Positions 53,101 through 64,000 of a stretch of 64,000 nt of DNA are shown piece by piece. The notes under the pieces are model-generated. The model ran no database searches and had not been told where the DNA came from. It saw nothing but the letters and a program-made list of their open reading frames with translations. The DNA comes from Enoplolaimus lenunculus (taxonomy: Eukaryota): NCBI GenBank assembly GCA_030248215.1, contig JASANG010004128.1, positions 124,001-188,000 of the forward strand, given 5' to 3'. How positions within the stretch are numbered: position 1 is the first letter of the stretch; the number at the start of each line of letters is the position of its first letter. A program made the translations under genes and the position numbers.

Positions 53101-54115
53101 CGCCGTACAACCCGCTGCCAATAAGATTAATCGTCGCACGCAAGCTGCTGGCAAGTCTATAGCAATGAGAATGCAGCAACCGGGTAGCTGTAGTACTCTA
53201 ATTGCTGGCATATGCCTATACTAAGTGCCGAGCGCCGGCCGAAGCCAGGCACAAGTCAGAAAGTAAACCAAGATTTCACAAAAAAACTATATATACCACT
53301 GAAACACCATTATATTCCAGAAAATCAAAATGATCACAACTATAGAACTAGATGCACATAGTGTAGAAAATGCGTGAAACACTCGTAAAAACTACAATTA
53401 TAATTTGACATCTAAATGTCATGACAAATGCCCACACAATTTCACATTTAAAAAGTAATCCGAATTGGAAGAATTCAAGTACCGGAGCAGAAGAGCAGAG
53501 AAACTAGAACAAACAAATCAGGGGAGAATTACCGTTTACCGAAACCGGAATTTGAAAAAAATTACCGCAACCGGATCCGGTAAGTGAAAAATATATACCA
53601 CCAAAAAATTCATTATATTTTCATTTTTTACTGAAATGCCGGAACCGAAACTGGATTTTCGGTCGCACCCTATAATATAATATATTGTATATATTGTTTA
53701 AATTTGTGAGGACGCGTTCCCTGCTACACAATCCTTACCTCTAATATAAAGTAATAGAGATTAAAACAATACGTAAATGTTAGTCGAATAATGAACTAAG
53801 TTAAGTCATTAGCAACATACAAACAGGCCATGGTGTGCGGAATGTGGATTTTCCACATGATACCGCTTTTGAATCGCTGATAACGCAGTTTTGACAGGAA
53901 CGTCGCCACTTCGAACCGAATCAACAGCCAACAAAATCGCCTCCCAATCTGGTTCAAGGTTATCTTTTGATGTTGCGCGATCTAAAATTCCAACACGTAC
54001 ATGACAGATAATTTCGTATGCAACTGGCATGAAAACATAAAACAAGTTTCTTAGCCTATTATTTACAATTTTAATTACACCAACCTAAACATTTTTCAAA
54101 AGTTTTCGTTGCCAT
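44123..54115 (-). CDS. HGS: Hepatocyte growth factor-regulated tyrosine kinase substrate (HRS/Vps27/hgrs-1; ESCRT-0), 17 coding exons, complete
   Basis: Exons (minus): 54085-54115, 53821-53981, 52678-52770, 52339-52459, 51979-52100, 51381-51508, 50818-50860, 50304-50468, 49950-50045, 48134-48421, 47700-47779, 46884-47011, 46470-46567, 46160-46234, 45631-45826, 45051-45248, 44123-44601. VHS domain (DRATSKDNLEPDWEAI..VLEALVKNGG), FYVE (RKHHCRNCGQIFCDRC..VRVCETC), UIM (EEEELQLAMALSQSEAE), ELARYLNRDYWE, PSAP, helical core (LQDKLTQIRDAREAVDALREEH), Q-rich tail, C-terminal clathrin box LISFD. Confidence 0.97.
45713..45752 (-). repeat. Coding CAG/CAA (polyglutamine) tract in HGS exon 15
   Basis: Reads KQQQQQQQQQQQQQI on the minus strand. 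Confidence 0.85.
49252..49924. mobile_element. hAT-type MITE (CAGGGTGCGACCGG ... CCGGTCGCACCCTG)
   Basis: Perfect TIRs of at least 14 bp; TSD not recognisable. Related degenerate copies at ~26337-26700, ~31555-31915, ~33370-33730, ~53530-53672 and ~59140-59400. Confidence 0.7.
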
Positions 54116-55713
54116 AACGTAGTAAGATTTACGTTAAAGTCTACAGTTGTGATAAATATATATTAGCTGAAACAGATTTGAAAACAGATTACTGGTATTT
54201 CACTGAGCTTAGTCGATTAAGTAAAATGAGCATCAACCGGAAACCATACACAAACGATATACACATTATATTACACAAACTAATCGTACATTAGCAATAA
54301 TGGAGAAACGAGGAAAAATTGGAGTGGGGATGAAATGAACACTTGGATCTATCAGAAGTCTATACCCAAGTTCACAGTTTGTCAGTGGCACTCTTAAGAG
54401 AACCGTAAACAAATTTCAACCTGAAAGCCAAACATAAAGCACGTTTCAAAATGTTCCAGTCAAGATAATCTTGTTATTTATATTCACGAACGAATGCAAG
54501 CCCGACATGTGTTTCACACCAGTGCTTTTGTCACAATGTTACTGGCTGAGTCATTAAAAATATCGATACACTGATCAAATCAAATGCCAAAAGATCGCAT
54601 GTTATCGAACTAGTATAGCGCTGCAGAAAAATTGTTTTAATCCGACATCTGTTAAAATGCATTTTAAAATTAATTAAGTCAGAAAATAGTCTTTAATTTT
54701 AGAACTGAATGATTCAATGAATGCACATCTCCCAGTCGAGTTTCTGTTTATGTTGCAGTGAAGTTCATGTCTATAAGCTTACAATTAGTATAAAACCGAA
54801 ACTGCCCATATATGCTTAGGATTGAGGCAATTTTTGCTTAGGCGGGGGATTAGTTTTTTTAGGTTTATTTTTATACTGAAGTTTAACGTTATCCATCAGT
54901 TTGATCCATGGCAGTTGGCGTAAATACAAATAATAGTTTCAATTTTTTGGCATTTTTAAAAATAATGTCCGGCAAGCTAAAACACTGGAGCCGTAGCCGG
55001 ATATGCGGTTGCACCCTATACGCCTTCAATAACTTACTAGCAAAGTTGGAAATTTTCTAAGGGGCCAACAAATTTTCCGGAAGGGCTGAATCACCCTATC
55101 CCCACCTTGGCTACGGGTTCTTTAGCGCCCCCCACACAGTGACTATCCATGAGAACGGCCAGTATTTTTGATTTCCTTTGCTCTTTAATTTGGTATTGAT
55201 AATCATCTTTCGTTCTGTGTTTTTATCACGAAAAATTGTATTGTGTGGGTTTGCACAGGCCCAAAACTCCGCTTTAATATCAAGACTATACTGTGTTTCT
55301 TCTTTGAAATAACTGATATTGCGTGTACTATCTTTTTCGCAGCTGACAATTATTGTTAACTTAAAGCTTTATTTACATCTTCGATTTTGACAGTCCATAT
55401 ACGAGCTTTCGGTTCACCAAGGATTTTTGCCGTTTTTAATTGTAAACTACTTAGCTGCTCTTTAATCCGTCACGGGAGTATTGGAGCACACTTTCTGGAT
55501 TAATGGGGGAATTATAACATGGTTACGGAGTGTACTGGTGTGCAACTGCGACCGAATGTCCGAATATGCTGGAGCCGCGTATTATATTTTTATACTGCTT
55601 TAAAACCCGAATCTTTGCATTAAAGACAAATATTTATCTGTGTTTGTTGGTGCAAGGTTGTACGGTACTGTACGCAATGTAAGTGTTGTAAGTGGTGCGA
55701 CGTCGAAAAATTT

Positions 55714-55787
55714 CCGGACGACTAAATTCGAACCAGCGACCCTTGGGTAACCGATTCACTGCTATTACCAACTGAGCTATTGTGGCC
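55714..55787 (-). other. tRNA-like sequence (SINE head or tRNA pseudogene)
   Basis: Minus strand reads GGCCACAATAGCTCAGTTGGTAATAGCAGTGAATCGGTTACCCAAGGGTCGCTGGTTCGAATTTAGTCG: A-box and B-box present, stems broken. Confidence 0.55.
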
Positions 55788-56128
55788 AGTTTCAACTACT
55801 TGTGTTAGCTATAGGCGTTCTTTTCTAGTGGACGCTGTGTACCACGTTGCTACTATACATTGGGATGTGTATTGTGTATTCTTTTTCTAAAAATTTGCTT
55901 ACTTTACAACACGTTTCTGATTGGCAACCTATAAAGTAGTCCTAGTTCGTGGTGGCCCAAAGGTGGCCCAAAATTTTTCGCTGAGATTTTCGTTCGTGGT
56001 GGTGCGTAATAACTACTTAACTGCATTTCGTTCAGCAAACAACTCGATAGCGTTAATAAGGCTAAATAGTAAATGAATGACGTAAATACATACAACGCTA
56101 TGGCTTAAATTAATTTCGGTTCGGAAGT

Positions 56129-59100
56129 ATGTTTGTTGAAGTGTTGTTTCTGTTGCTAATCGCAGATAGCGCAAGCATGTTTTGGTTTCACGACGAAATT
56201 TATACGCTTAATATTGTAAGTGTTTTTCGCTTGTAAAGCTTGATTTTTATGTAGTGATTTTTGTCTGAATATATTTGTATTTCTACGTATTGTCGAATTC
56301 GTTGAGCTGATGATTTTTGACATTTAATTGTATTACGTACGTAATTACATGGAGTAAGGCTTCACTGTATAGTAACCATGTGTGCTCGTTGTCTTTGTTT
56401 CTGTATAATTTTATCTTGTTCATGGCCGCCTGCAGTGCACGCTGTGTATGCTGGTTTTTGTAGCTACAATAAAATTTGGCAGTATACATTGAAAATGAAG
56501 TGAAGCCAGTCCCGTTGTTATATAAGAATATTTATACGTACCTTTTGTATTACATATTTTTGTTTTTAGTTGAGGCATCATAATGCAACTATACAAGAAG
56601 TGTTCCGTTGTAACGCTGATATAGCCGACTTCGGCACTGCTGTTCCTTCCGGAACTGTGGTTAGTTTTTTACTAGTGCGGGATTAGATGTGAGAAGTAAA
56701 AACCTCTAAGTCTGATGTCATTTATTACCGGAACCCAATTTAGCATATAATTCATTGCTATGATTAGTTTTTAATGCATAACATGTTGTTATGTTGTAGC
56801 AGTTTCCAGCATTAAATCCTATGAACAAGAATAGCTAAGACCAGTGTCTACTTCTTGGCGAACCGGCGCCGAGATCGCTTTGTCAATGCGTATTGTCCAG
56901 GGTGCAACCGGAATTCCGGTTCCGGCAATTTTCATCTTCCGGTTCCGGTAAATTTTAAGGTAGGTGGAAATTAAGACAATTTTGCTATAAAATGACGATA
57001 CAAATTATGTAGATTTCATTAGTATAGTATTTAAACCTTGACAATCGTCAAAAATGAAGCATCGAAGGTAGATTTCGCTTGCATGGATTATGAAAATCTA
57101 AAATACAGCATATAAAGTGAATATGTACCTATCACCAACTAGAGTTATTTCACCGATAATAGTGCAAAAAAGAAAATTAATATGATTATTTTGGCGGCAT
57201 GATGCACCCTGGTATGGTCGTACTATGTTAGAGCATCACATTGAAAATATTACCACTTTTTGCTGTAGGTTTCACTGTTGAAACGAATTTAAGAAATTTA
57301 AATATTGTTTATTAGACATCTGCAAACTGAAAAATAATTTGATTTCGTTCCATGCACTAATTCTTGAACTTCTTTATCTGCAGCTAACATATATTCAATT
57401 TTGATTTATCGAATCTCGGTTGCGCCATTAAAACTTTCAAGGTCATATTTCAAAACCTTCGGATAACCGTTTTTATTATGGTACGTAACATATATTGCTC
57501 ATGCGTATAATATGGCATTGATAAAATTTTTCTCAATTGCTGTTTTGTTTGTAATAGTTCTTTGGTATGCAGTACAGGTTTTTTGACAAGTATATACACG
57601 CGGTGATAGTTGTGACAACCCGTCGTTGAAAGTGAGACAGCTTGTTGCGACATACTATGTATTTTTGTTAAAGGGTTGTTATTACCCGGTGCAACCTATT
57701 GATGCATGCCAGCTGGTATCTCCTGTTGCACAAATCTGCCCCAAAGAATTTGCGGCGTTCGGTTTGGCAGAACGCGGAAAATGTTATTTCACTGACAAGG
57801 TTTGTGGTTTTAATACCAACAAGTTCGTGCACTAGCGCAAGTAAAAAATGATATAATTTTGTTGGCTTCAGTTTTCTCTTCTTTATTTTGAAATAACTGG
57901 TATGTGTCTGATTAGTTAGCATTCACTTATTTATTTTGCAGAAATCTAGTTTTCTCGTGATCAGTGACTTAAGCGCTGATTAATCGATCACCTTGAGCGA
58001 AGCGAACTTGAAGCCAAGCAAAAGTTTTGGACTAAAAAGCTCCACTACACATTTCTGGTTTTAGGCTGATCAGTTATGAAGCCTGCCTTGCTTTAGTGCC
58101 TTCCTTTGAATAATATATAAGACAAAATTCATAAACATTCACAGCGAAGTATTGTAACCGAAGCCAGCGAGAAGTCTTGACAGGCGCATGTTATCAAATA
58201 CCAGACGGGAATGTTGATACTAATGTGTTGAACGTTCGCAAGCGAAGCGAGCGAGGAAATTTTGGCGTCTGTGTATAATTTTCATTTCATTTTTGCGATA
58301 TTATACCACTTCATTTTTGGGTGACAATTCAGGGGGGCTAGCCGCCTCCCTTGGCTACGCTATTGTATAAATTGATATATCATACAGTAGGTAAGCTAAC
58401 TGTGTTTATTTTTCTTTAGGCTGCAAATGTGGAACACGCTAATTATTCCGGAGTGTTTATCATCAATAATGCGGACGGGTCCTTTCAGCCTCACGGAAGT
58501 ACGTATATAATATATATGTTTTAATTTGTATGAAACAACCTGCCTTTTTAATATACTACAGCTAGATGATTTTATCCAGCAGTTGTAGTTGATCTAATAT
58601 GTATATATTACATTCTAATCACAAAAGCAGGTATATAATTATTTTTGTCTGCTTATGGTATTGCTTTCTGCTCAATGGTTGATTTCTAATTCTATTCTGC
58701 AGTATTGGTTGATGTGCCACAGCAGGACACATGAACATTTTAAAATTCATTGCTAACTTTAACATCGATTAAAAAGTCACAGCGAATGGTGATTATATAA
58801 TAACTTATTGTTTGCCAGTGTTATTTTGTTTTTTATGCGATTTTAGCTGGTAAAGAAGCAGATTCAATTGATATTCCAGTATTCGGTATTAGCAAAGATT
58901 GCGGATCTGCGTTGTTGTCAGTATATAGCGCAAATCGAGGGTTAGTTATGAACCGTACGTTTTCGACAGAGTATCATGACTTCCAATAAAACTGGGCTCA
59001 GACCTGAATAATTGCAAAAAGTTTGTCAATTTTACTTCTAGATGGACTTTCAACGATTTTTATTTTGTCATTTGCAGCAAAACAACAGTATGTGCTGAAA

Positions 59101-62100
59101 AGAATACAGCGGAATATTTTAGGCAGTAACAGCCAGGAATCGACCGGATATCCAGTTCCGATTTAATATCTGGCAAAAAATCGTCATCCGATCCCGGTCC
59201 GGACGTATAACCCAACCGGTTACGGGATATTTTGCGACGTGGTTCCAAATATCATAAAACTACTTTTTACATTTCGAGATACTAGATATTTTGCAGCCAT
59301 TGCAATCCCGGGCAAGTCAATCCAGTTAACACCCGGTTCTGGTGCAAAATTTATTATCCGGTTCCGGTATCTGGTAGAATTAATATCCGGTTGATTTTTT
59401 CTAACAGCATGTTAAATCCAGGGAACGACCAGATATTAATTTACCGGAACCGGTGCCGAATATTAATTTTTTTACCCTAACCGGATATTAATCGGGTATA
59501 GCTTGTAAATGTGAACACTGTTGAAAGTAATTGAGCCGCACGTTTTCGTTGTATTTCAGTTAATGGAAGACGTAACAGATTTACTTGCCCAGAAATTTAA
59601 TTCTAGCATATATATGTCCACATGTCAAAAGCTCTTTTATGGTATTCAAAACCGCAGCCGTAATTATCCGGTATCTGCTATGTTTATAGCTGAACCATAC
59701 ACGGATATTGGTTTTAGGACTTTTCTAAGCTAAGAATTTTCAATGTTAAAACATAAAGACCTGGACGTTTTTTGAGGCGGACATTCGGCAAAATTTGTTT
59801 TTATATTACGCTGAGTACTTAATTTTTTAATAGGGTTACAAATACCGGTAGTAACTAGTACAATTCAATAATGAACTGAAAAAAGCACAATTATATAAAG
59901 ACCGTTTCAGGGCATACAGCATTCGAAAGTACCTTGCAGCAACAAGTTCAACCCGGCTGAGCCTTTATATAAACTGAAGCTGTGACCAGGGTGCAACCGG
60001 AATTCCGGTTCCGGCATTTTTTCACCTTCCGGTTCCGGTAAATTTTTACCGGATTTAAAAATTCCGGTATTATAATTTGGCCGTTTTCTTAACTTTGCTA
60101 ATATTTAAGAATCTCTTTTGAAAGCCACTTGTACTCCGAATATAAGCCATTGATGGTGGATTTCACTTCAGTCGATGATGAAAATCTAAAATACAACAAA
60201 TAAAATAAATACCTATGTTCGACTAAGGTTATTTCACAAATAATAGAGCAAAAAATAAGATTAAAATGAAATCTTTGGTGAAACGCATTTTTCACTTTCC
60301 GGTTCCGGTAAAATTTTCAAATTACGGTTCCGGTAAATTGTAATTCCGGTTGCACCCTGGCTGTGACTAATATATAAAATATATGTTAATCACAGTTTCA
60401 ATTATACATTATCTATATTTTATATAATTGTGCTTCTTTCAACTTCTGGTAAAGTTGTCAGTAATATTAGTTAATATTATTGTTATTAGCGTTTGCGGAG
60501 AATTTTTGTCGTGTTGAGCGATGAGTAATCTTCAGTTGAGTTGGAAACACGATCTATAATAAAAAAATGGTCCAAAAAGTCGGCTTGCAAAATTTTAAGC
60601 CTGCCCCCCAGGACCCTCCAGATCATCTGGGGGGGTCCCCCCAGGAAAACTGCCCCCCAGCAAAATTAGCTGCCTCCCAGGAAACTCCTGAGTGGGGCCC
60701 AGGAAACGCCCCCCCCCCCCCCCCCCGGCGGAAATTTGCAAGCTGTGCAGAAGCCAGATCTTGATATTCCGTTCTGGTTTAGGAATGCGCTGTTTTTCAC
60801 TCCGCTGATCTTGCTCAACCCGTTAGTTGTTTACAAGATATTCACAGTCATGCAAAATCATTTTACTTTATATTCCATTAAAATACCAATATTTTTACAA
60901 TGTAGATACATTTTCGAACTGATAAAAGTGGGTGACTACGATTTTGTCAAATACTTGTGGCCTTTTGTCGCAGTCCTCGGGATTTGTTTCGTGATCCTGC
61001 TTGTATTTGTAGTAAGCAATGTTTTGTATTTAGCCAAAGTATAATGTGATAACGAACTCTTTTATTTATTACGTTTCGATTTTTTCAGGATTTATAACTT
61101 TATTTTTGGTGATATCTAGTTACGAAATAAAGTTGTTTTAATGTTAAGCTTATGATTGCTGATTTCAGCTGCAGGTCATGAAAAGCTTTTAAATATACTA
61201 TTATCAAACTACACTAACAAATTTAACTAAACGGTTTTTGTTTCAGTTGTGTTTGTATATACAAGTCATATTACTGCATATTGCGTGCAAAACGGGTCTG
61301 AATAATATCGGAATCCAATGCTGGAGCTTATATCGAAACCGGAATTGAAATTAGAAAATTTTAGAGCTCATGCTTTTCACATACCGAGTCTTATTTATAT
61401 AGTATGCTCCAGATAAATATTTGGGTCTTAAAATGTATGTTAAAGCCCACGTGTTGTGAAACTTAACAGAACTTCAGGCAATTTTTTGCATATAATTGCA
61501 AACAATACGTTGAGTTAGAAATGATCAAAAATTACGAATCCGATTCAAATTATTCCTGCAGTCGGATTCGGAACTGTATTTGAATCGAAATCCTGATTGG
61601 AATCGGAATTCTGTTTATAGCCTGTGATACACTTCAAGTTGCTGTTAAGGATAAAGGCTATTATTTTTGTTTACGCTTAGGTTTAGTTTTAGACTTATTT
61701 TTAAGCTGAAGTTTAGGCTTAGGGATATGAACAAGAATATGCTGACATATACTGTTACGCAAATAAAATAACATTGGTCATCTTTATTGGGTTTTGAAGC
61801 GTCATTGTTGTAATCCAATAAAATTGTGAATTGTAAAAATTGCATGTATGACTGAAAAATATGTAAAAGTAAATCAGTCAGTTCCATGGTTGTTGACATG
61901 AATACAAATGAGGGTTTCAATTTTTTGCAGTTTTTAAAAACATGGATAGTTAAAATACCGGAACTGGACTTCATTTTTTGCCGGAGTCCGATCTCCAATC
62001 GTCACGGAATTTTTACTTGGTCTGGACCAGTACCAACCGGAGCCAAGTTTGAACACGTAAAGATAATTACCAACATGAGGTGTGTGTACTCTGCACAGCA

Positions 62101-62755
62101 GACCCGTGGAAAATAAAAAACGTCGCATACAGTAATTTCTGGTAATTTTCATATTTTTGAAACGAGAACAGAGCTTGATACAATTGTTTTCATGCAAATT
62201 AATTAAGAATCGTAAATAAAAACTGGCACTTCGGCCGGGATTAGGCCCCGGGGAATACGTAATATATTTTGTAGTTTTTCGGTAATTTAATTTTTAGGTA
62301 CTTGTTCAATTACTCGTCATTTACCGCGCCAGGTCTTGGCTATTTTTAGGTCGTAAAGACTGTACGAGCACGCCAGAGAATATCTCGCAGACGATTGTCA
62401 AAACGTAGTCTCAAAAAAATTCCTACGCGAAAGTTTAAAAAAGGTGAGCTTTATAGAGGACACAGAAACTATATTTACGGGAGATTCATAATAGTAATTG
62501 AACGCATAATTGACAACGTTTCGTGTGCATAAGAACTCGGCAAAGGTTTTATTACCGTTTATGTTCATAAACACACAACTTTTTCATAATATGAATGATT
62601 CATTGAGGCGTCTGTTTGATAGCAAGAAGGATTATTCATTTTGATGTTCTGTATCTACCTCTGAACCTTTTCAGGAGACACATACGAGTGTTGTCCGATT
62701 TGTCTTGAAGACTTTACAGACGGTGAAAAACAGCGTGTTTTGCCTTGCGGTCATG
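56129..62755 (+). CDS. RNF13: PA-TM-RING E3 ubiquitin ligase, RNF13/RNF167 (Godzilla) family; 3' exons not found in window
   Basis: Exons 56129-56215, 56570-56659, 57674-57799, 58420-58498, 58847-58940, 60906-61011, 62350-62443, 62675-62755; phase-consistent GT-AG. Signal peptide MFVEVLFLLLIADSAS; PA domain (ADFG..P, QPIDAC, AERGKCYFTDKAANVEHANYSGVFIINN, IDIPVFGISKDCG); TM YLWPFVAVLGICFVILLVFV; basic RRRLSKRSLKKIPTRKFKKG; RING-H2 start CPICLEDFTDGEKQRVLPCGH. RNF13 and RNF167 cannot be told apart here. Confidence 0.9.
56898..57211. mobile_element. hAT-type MITE (CAGGGTGCAACCGG family), 8-bp TSD
   Basis: GTATTGTC|CAGGGTGCAACCGGAATTCCGG ... TGCACCCTG|GTATGGTC. Confidence 0.82.
59987..60359. mobile_element. 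hAT-type MITE (CAGGGTGCAACCGG family), perfect TIRs and perfect 8-bp TSD GCTGTGAC
   Basis: GCTGTGAC|CAGGGTGCAACCGGAATT ... AATTCCGGTTGCACCCTG|GCTGTGAC. Confidence 0.92.
60709..60726. repeat. Poly-C (18 nt) tract in a C-run-rich patch; potential G-quadruplex on the minus strand
   Basis: C18 plus several CCCCC(C) runs in 60600-60730. Confidence 0.8.
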
Positions 62756-63572
62756 GTAATAATAATTAAAGTGGTTTTATTACGAAACAAACAACAGTGC
62801 TAGTGTCTGTAAATTGGAAACAGTTTTTAAACCAATTACGTATGTCTCGATGGTGTTTTATTACAGACCAATATCGTTTTCTGATTATTAATTTGGTCGG
62901 ATTGTTCGTATTACTCAAATGCAAGTCTGATATTAAAACGATTGATAGTTACCGCCACCTGTGAGAGTTTTTTCAATTTATTCGATAGATCACTACTTAA
63001 GGACATTAAATCAGATCTGTCTTTGCATGGTACACCCGAACTTCGACAAAACAACAATCGTCGATGCCTACAATAGTATAACTCAGTTATTTTATTTATA
63101 ACACGTACAGTATCACATTGATCCAGAATACTCTTTTGAAATGGAACTTATGGTACTTATATTATCGAAATTATCTGAATTAAGTTAGATTTTAAGGAAG
63201 CAATGATGTTTTGATTACTCAGCAATTTTATTAGTTAATACAGAGTTGTTCAATTCAAATTTTAAGGTTTGTTAATAACGTCTTAAATTATTAGTATAGA
63301 AATGTTTGCGGTTGAAACAATTATTTTATTATTTTGGAATCGCCTTATTAACTGCTTGGAGCTTAACCTACGCTAACCTAAGCCTACATAATAAGGGGTA
63401 TTTAAAGGAGGAACTCTTAACATATAACAAACACTTAAGCGACGCGTGGACCCTGGTTGAAATATCGTTATTTGGGGTACAACCAAGGGCGAAGCCCTAC
63501 CCGCATAGCAGGCTGTATAAATGATCTTGAAAGTCGAGAGAACTCTTTTCAGGGAGTATAAATGGGTTGAAA

Positions 63573-63870
63573 CAGGATGCAACCGGTATGCCGGTTCCTG
63601 CATTTTTTCACCTTCCGGTTCCGGTCCCTATAAATATTTACCGGAATTAACAAGTCCGGGTATTAAAATTTGGTCGGTGGAAATTAAGATATTTTACTAA
63701 AAAACGTCGATAAAAATTAAAAGTGAATACCGATCTCTAACTAAGGTTTATTTTATTAATATTGGAAAAAAGAGAAATGAATTTTTTGGTGGCATGTATT
63801 TTTCATTATCCGTTTCTGATAATTCTTTCAATTTCCGATTCCAGTAAATTGTAATTCCGCTTGCACTCTG
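63573..63870. mobile_element. Older copy of the CAGGGTGCAACCGG hAT-type MITE
   Basis: CAGGATGCAACCGG ... CCGCTTGCACTCTG; degenerate TSD GGTTGAAA/GTTTCAAA; internal similarity to 59987-60359. Confidence 0.75.
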
Positions 63871-64000
63871 GTTTCAAACACAAAATGAGTTAAACTCAAT
63901 ATGTAAGTATGACAATCACAAAAATTTTAAGAAATATTTGACCAAAAATGTGAGTAAATTTTTTATAAGATAAATACAAATTGAATAAAGTCAGAAAATT

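Noticed and set aside
56378..56500. Alternative signal-peptide-like ORF (MCARCLCFCIILSCSW..) for the RING ligase
   Set aside because: No convincing phase-compatible donor; 56129-56215 has a strong GTAAGT donor in the correct phase.
63436..63465. GTGGACCCTGGTTGA resembling the missing RING-H2 'VDPWL' exon
   Set aside because: Needs a frameshift, lacks the preceding H-x-x-C and following C-x-x-C, and has no good acceptor; the real exon is probably beyond 64000.

Overview
AT-rich, intron-rich animal genomic DNA, most likely a nematode. The evidence is an UNC-49-like receptor, an HGRS-1-like N-terminus, degenerate TTAGGC arrays and some TTTCAG acceptors; the assignment is an inference. Four multi-exon genes were rebuilt by hand with consistent exon phases and GT-AG introns. 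They are a GABA-gated Cys-loop channel subunit of the UNC-49/RDL type (+, 3062-10665, 9 exons), EFTUD2/Snu114 (-, 20928-35728, 24 exons), HGS/HRS (-, 44123-54115, 17 exons) and an RNF13/RNF167-type PA-TM-RING E3 ligase (+, from 56129, 3' end not found in the window). There is also a 272-codon intronless orphan ORF (-, 16362-17180). Introns and intergenic DNA are full of non-autonomous transposons: several hAT-type MITE families with 8-bp TSDs, CACTG-ended palindromic MITEs with 2-bp TSDs, long-TIR foldback elements, a Helentron/DINE-like element with an internal satellite, tRNA-derived SINE heads and a probable LTR remnant. The most interesting signal is in the channel. It keeps a GABA-type binding domain, but its pore reads G-D-R at -2'/-1'/0' with Val at 13' and Gln at 2'. 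This resembles the engineered changes that turn anion-selective Cys-loop receptors into cation channels, so it may be an excitatory, picrotoxin/dieldrin-insensitive UNC-49-like subunit. Family assignments come from recalled motifs, not database searches.
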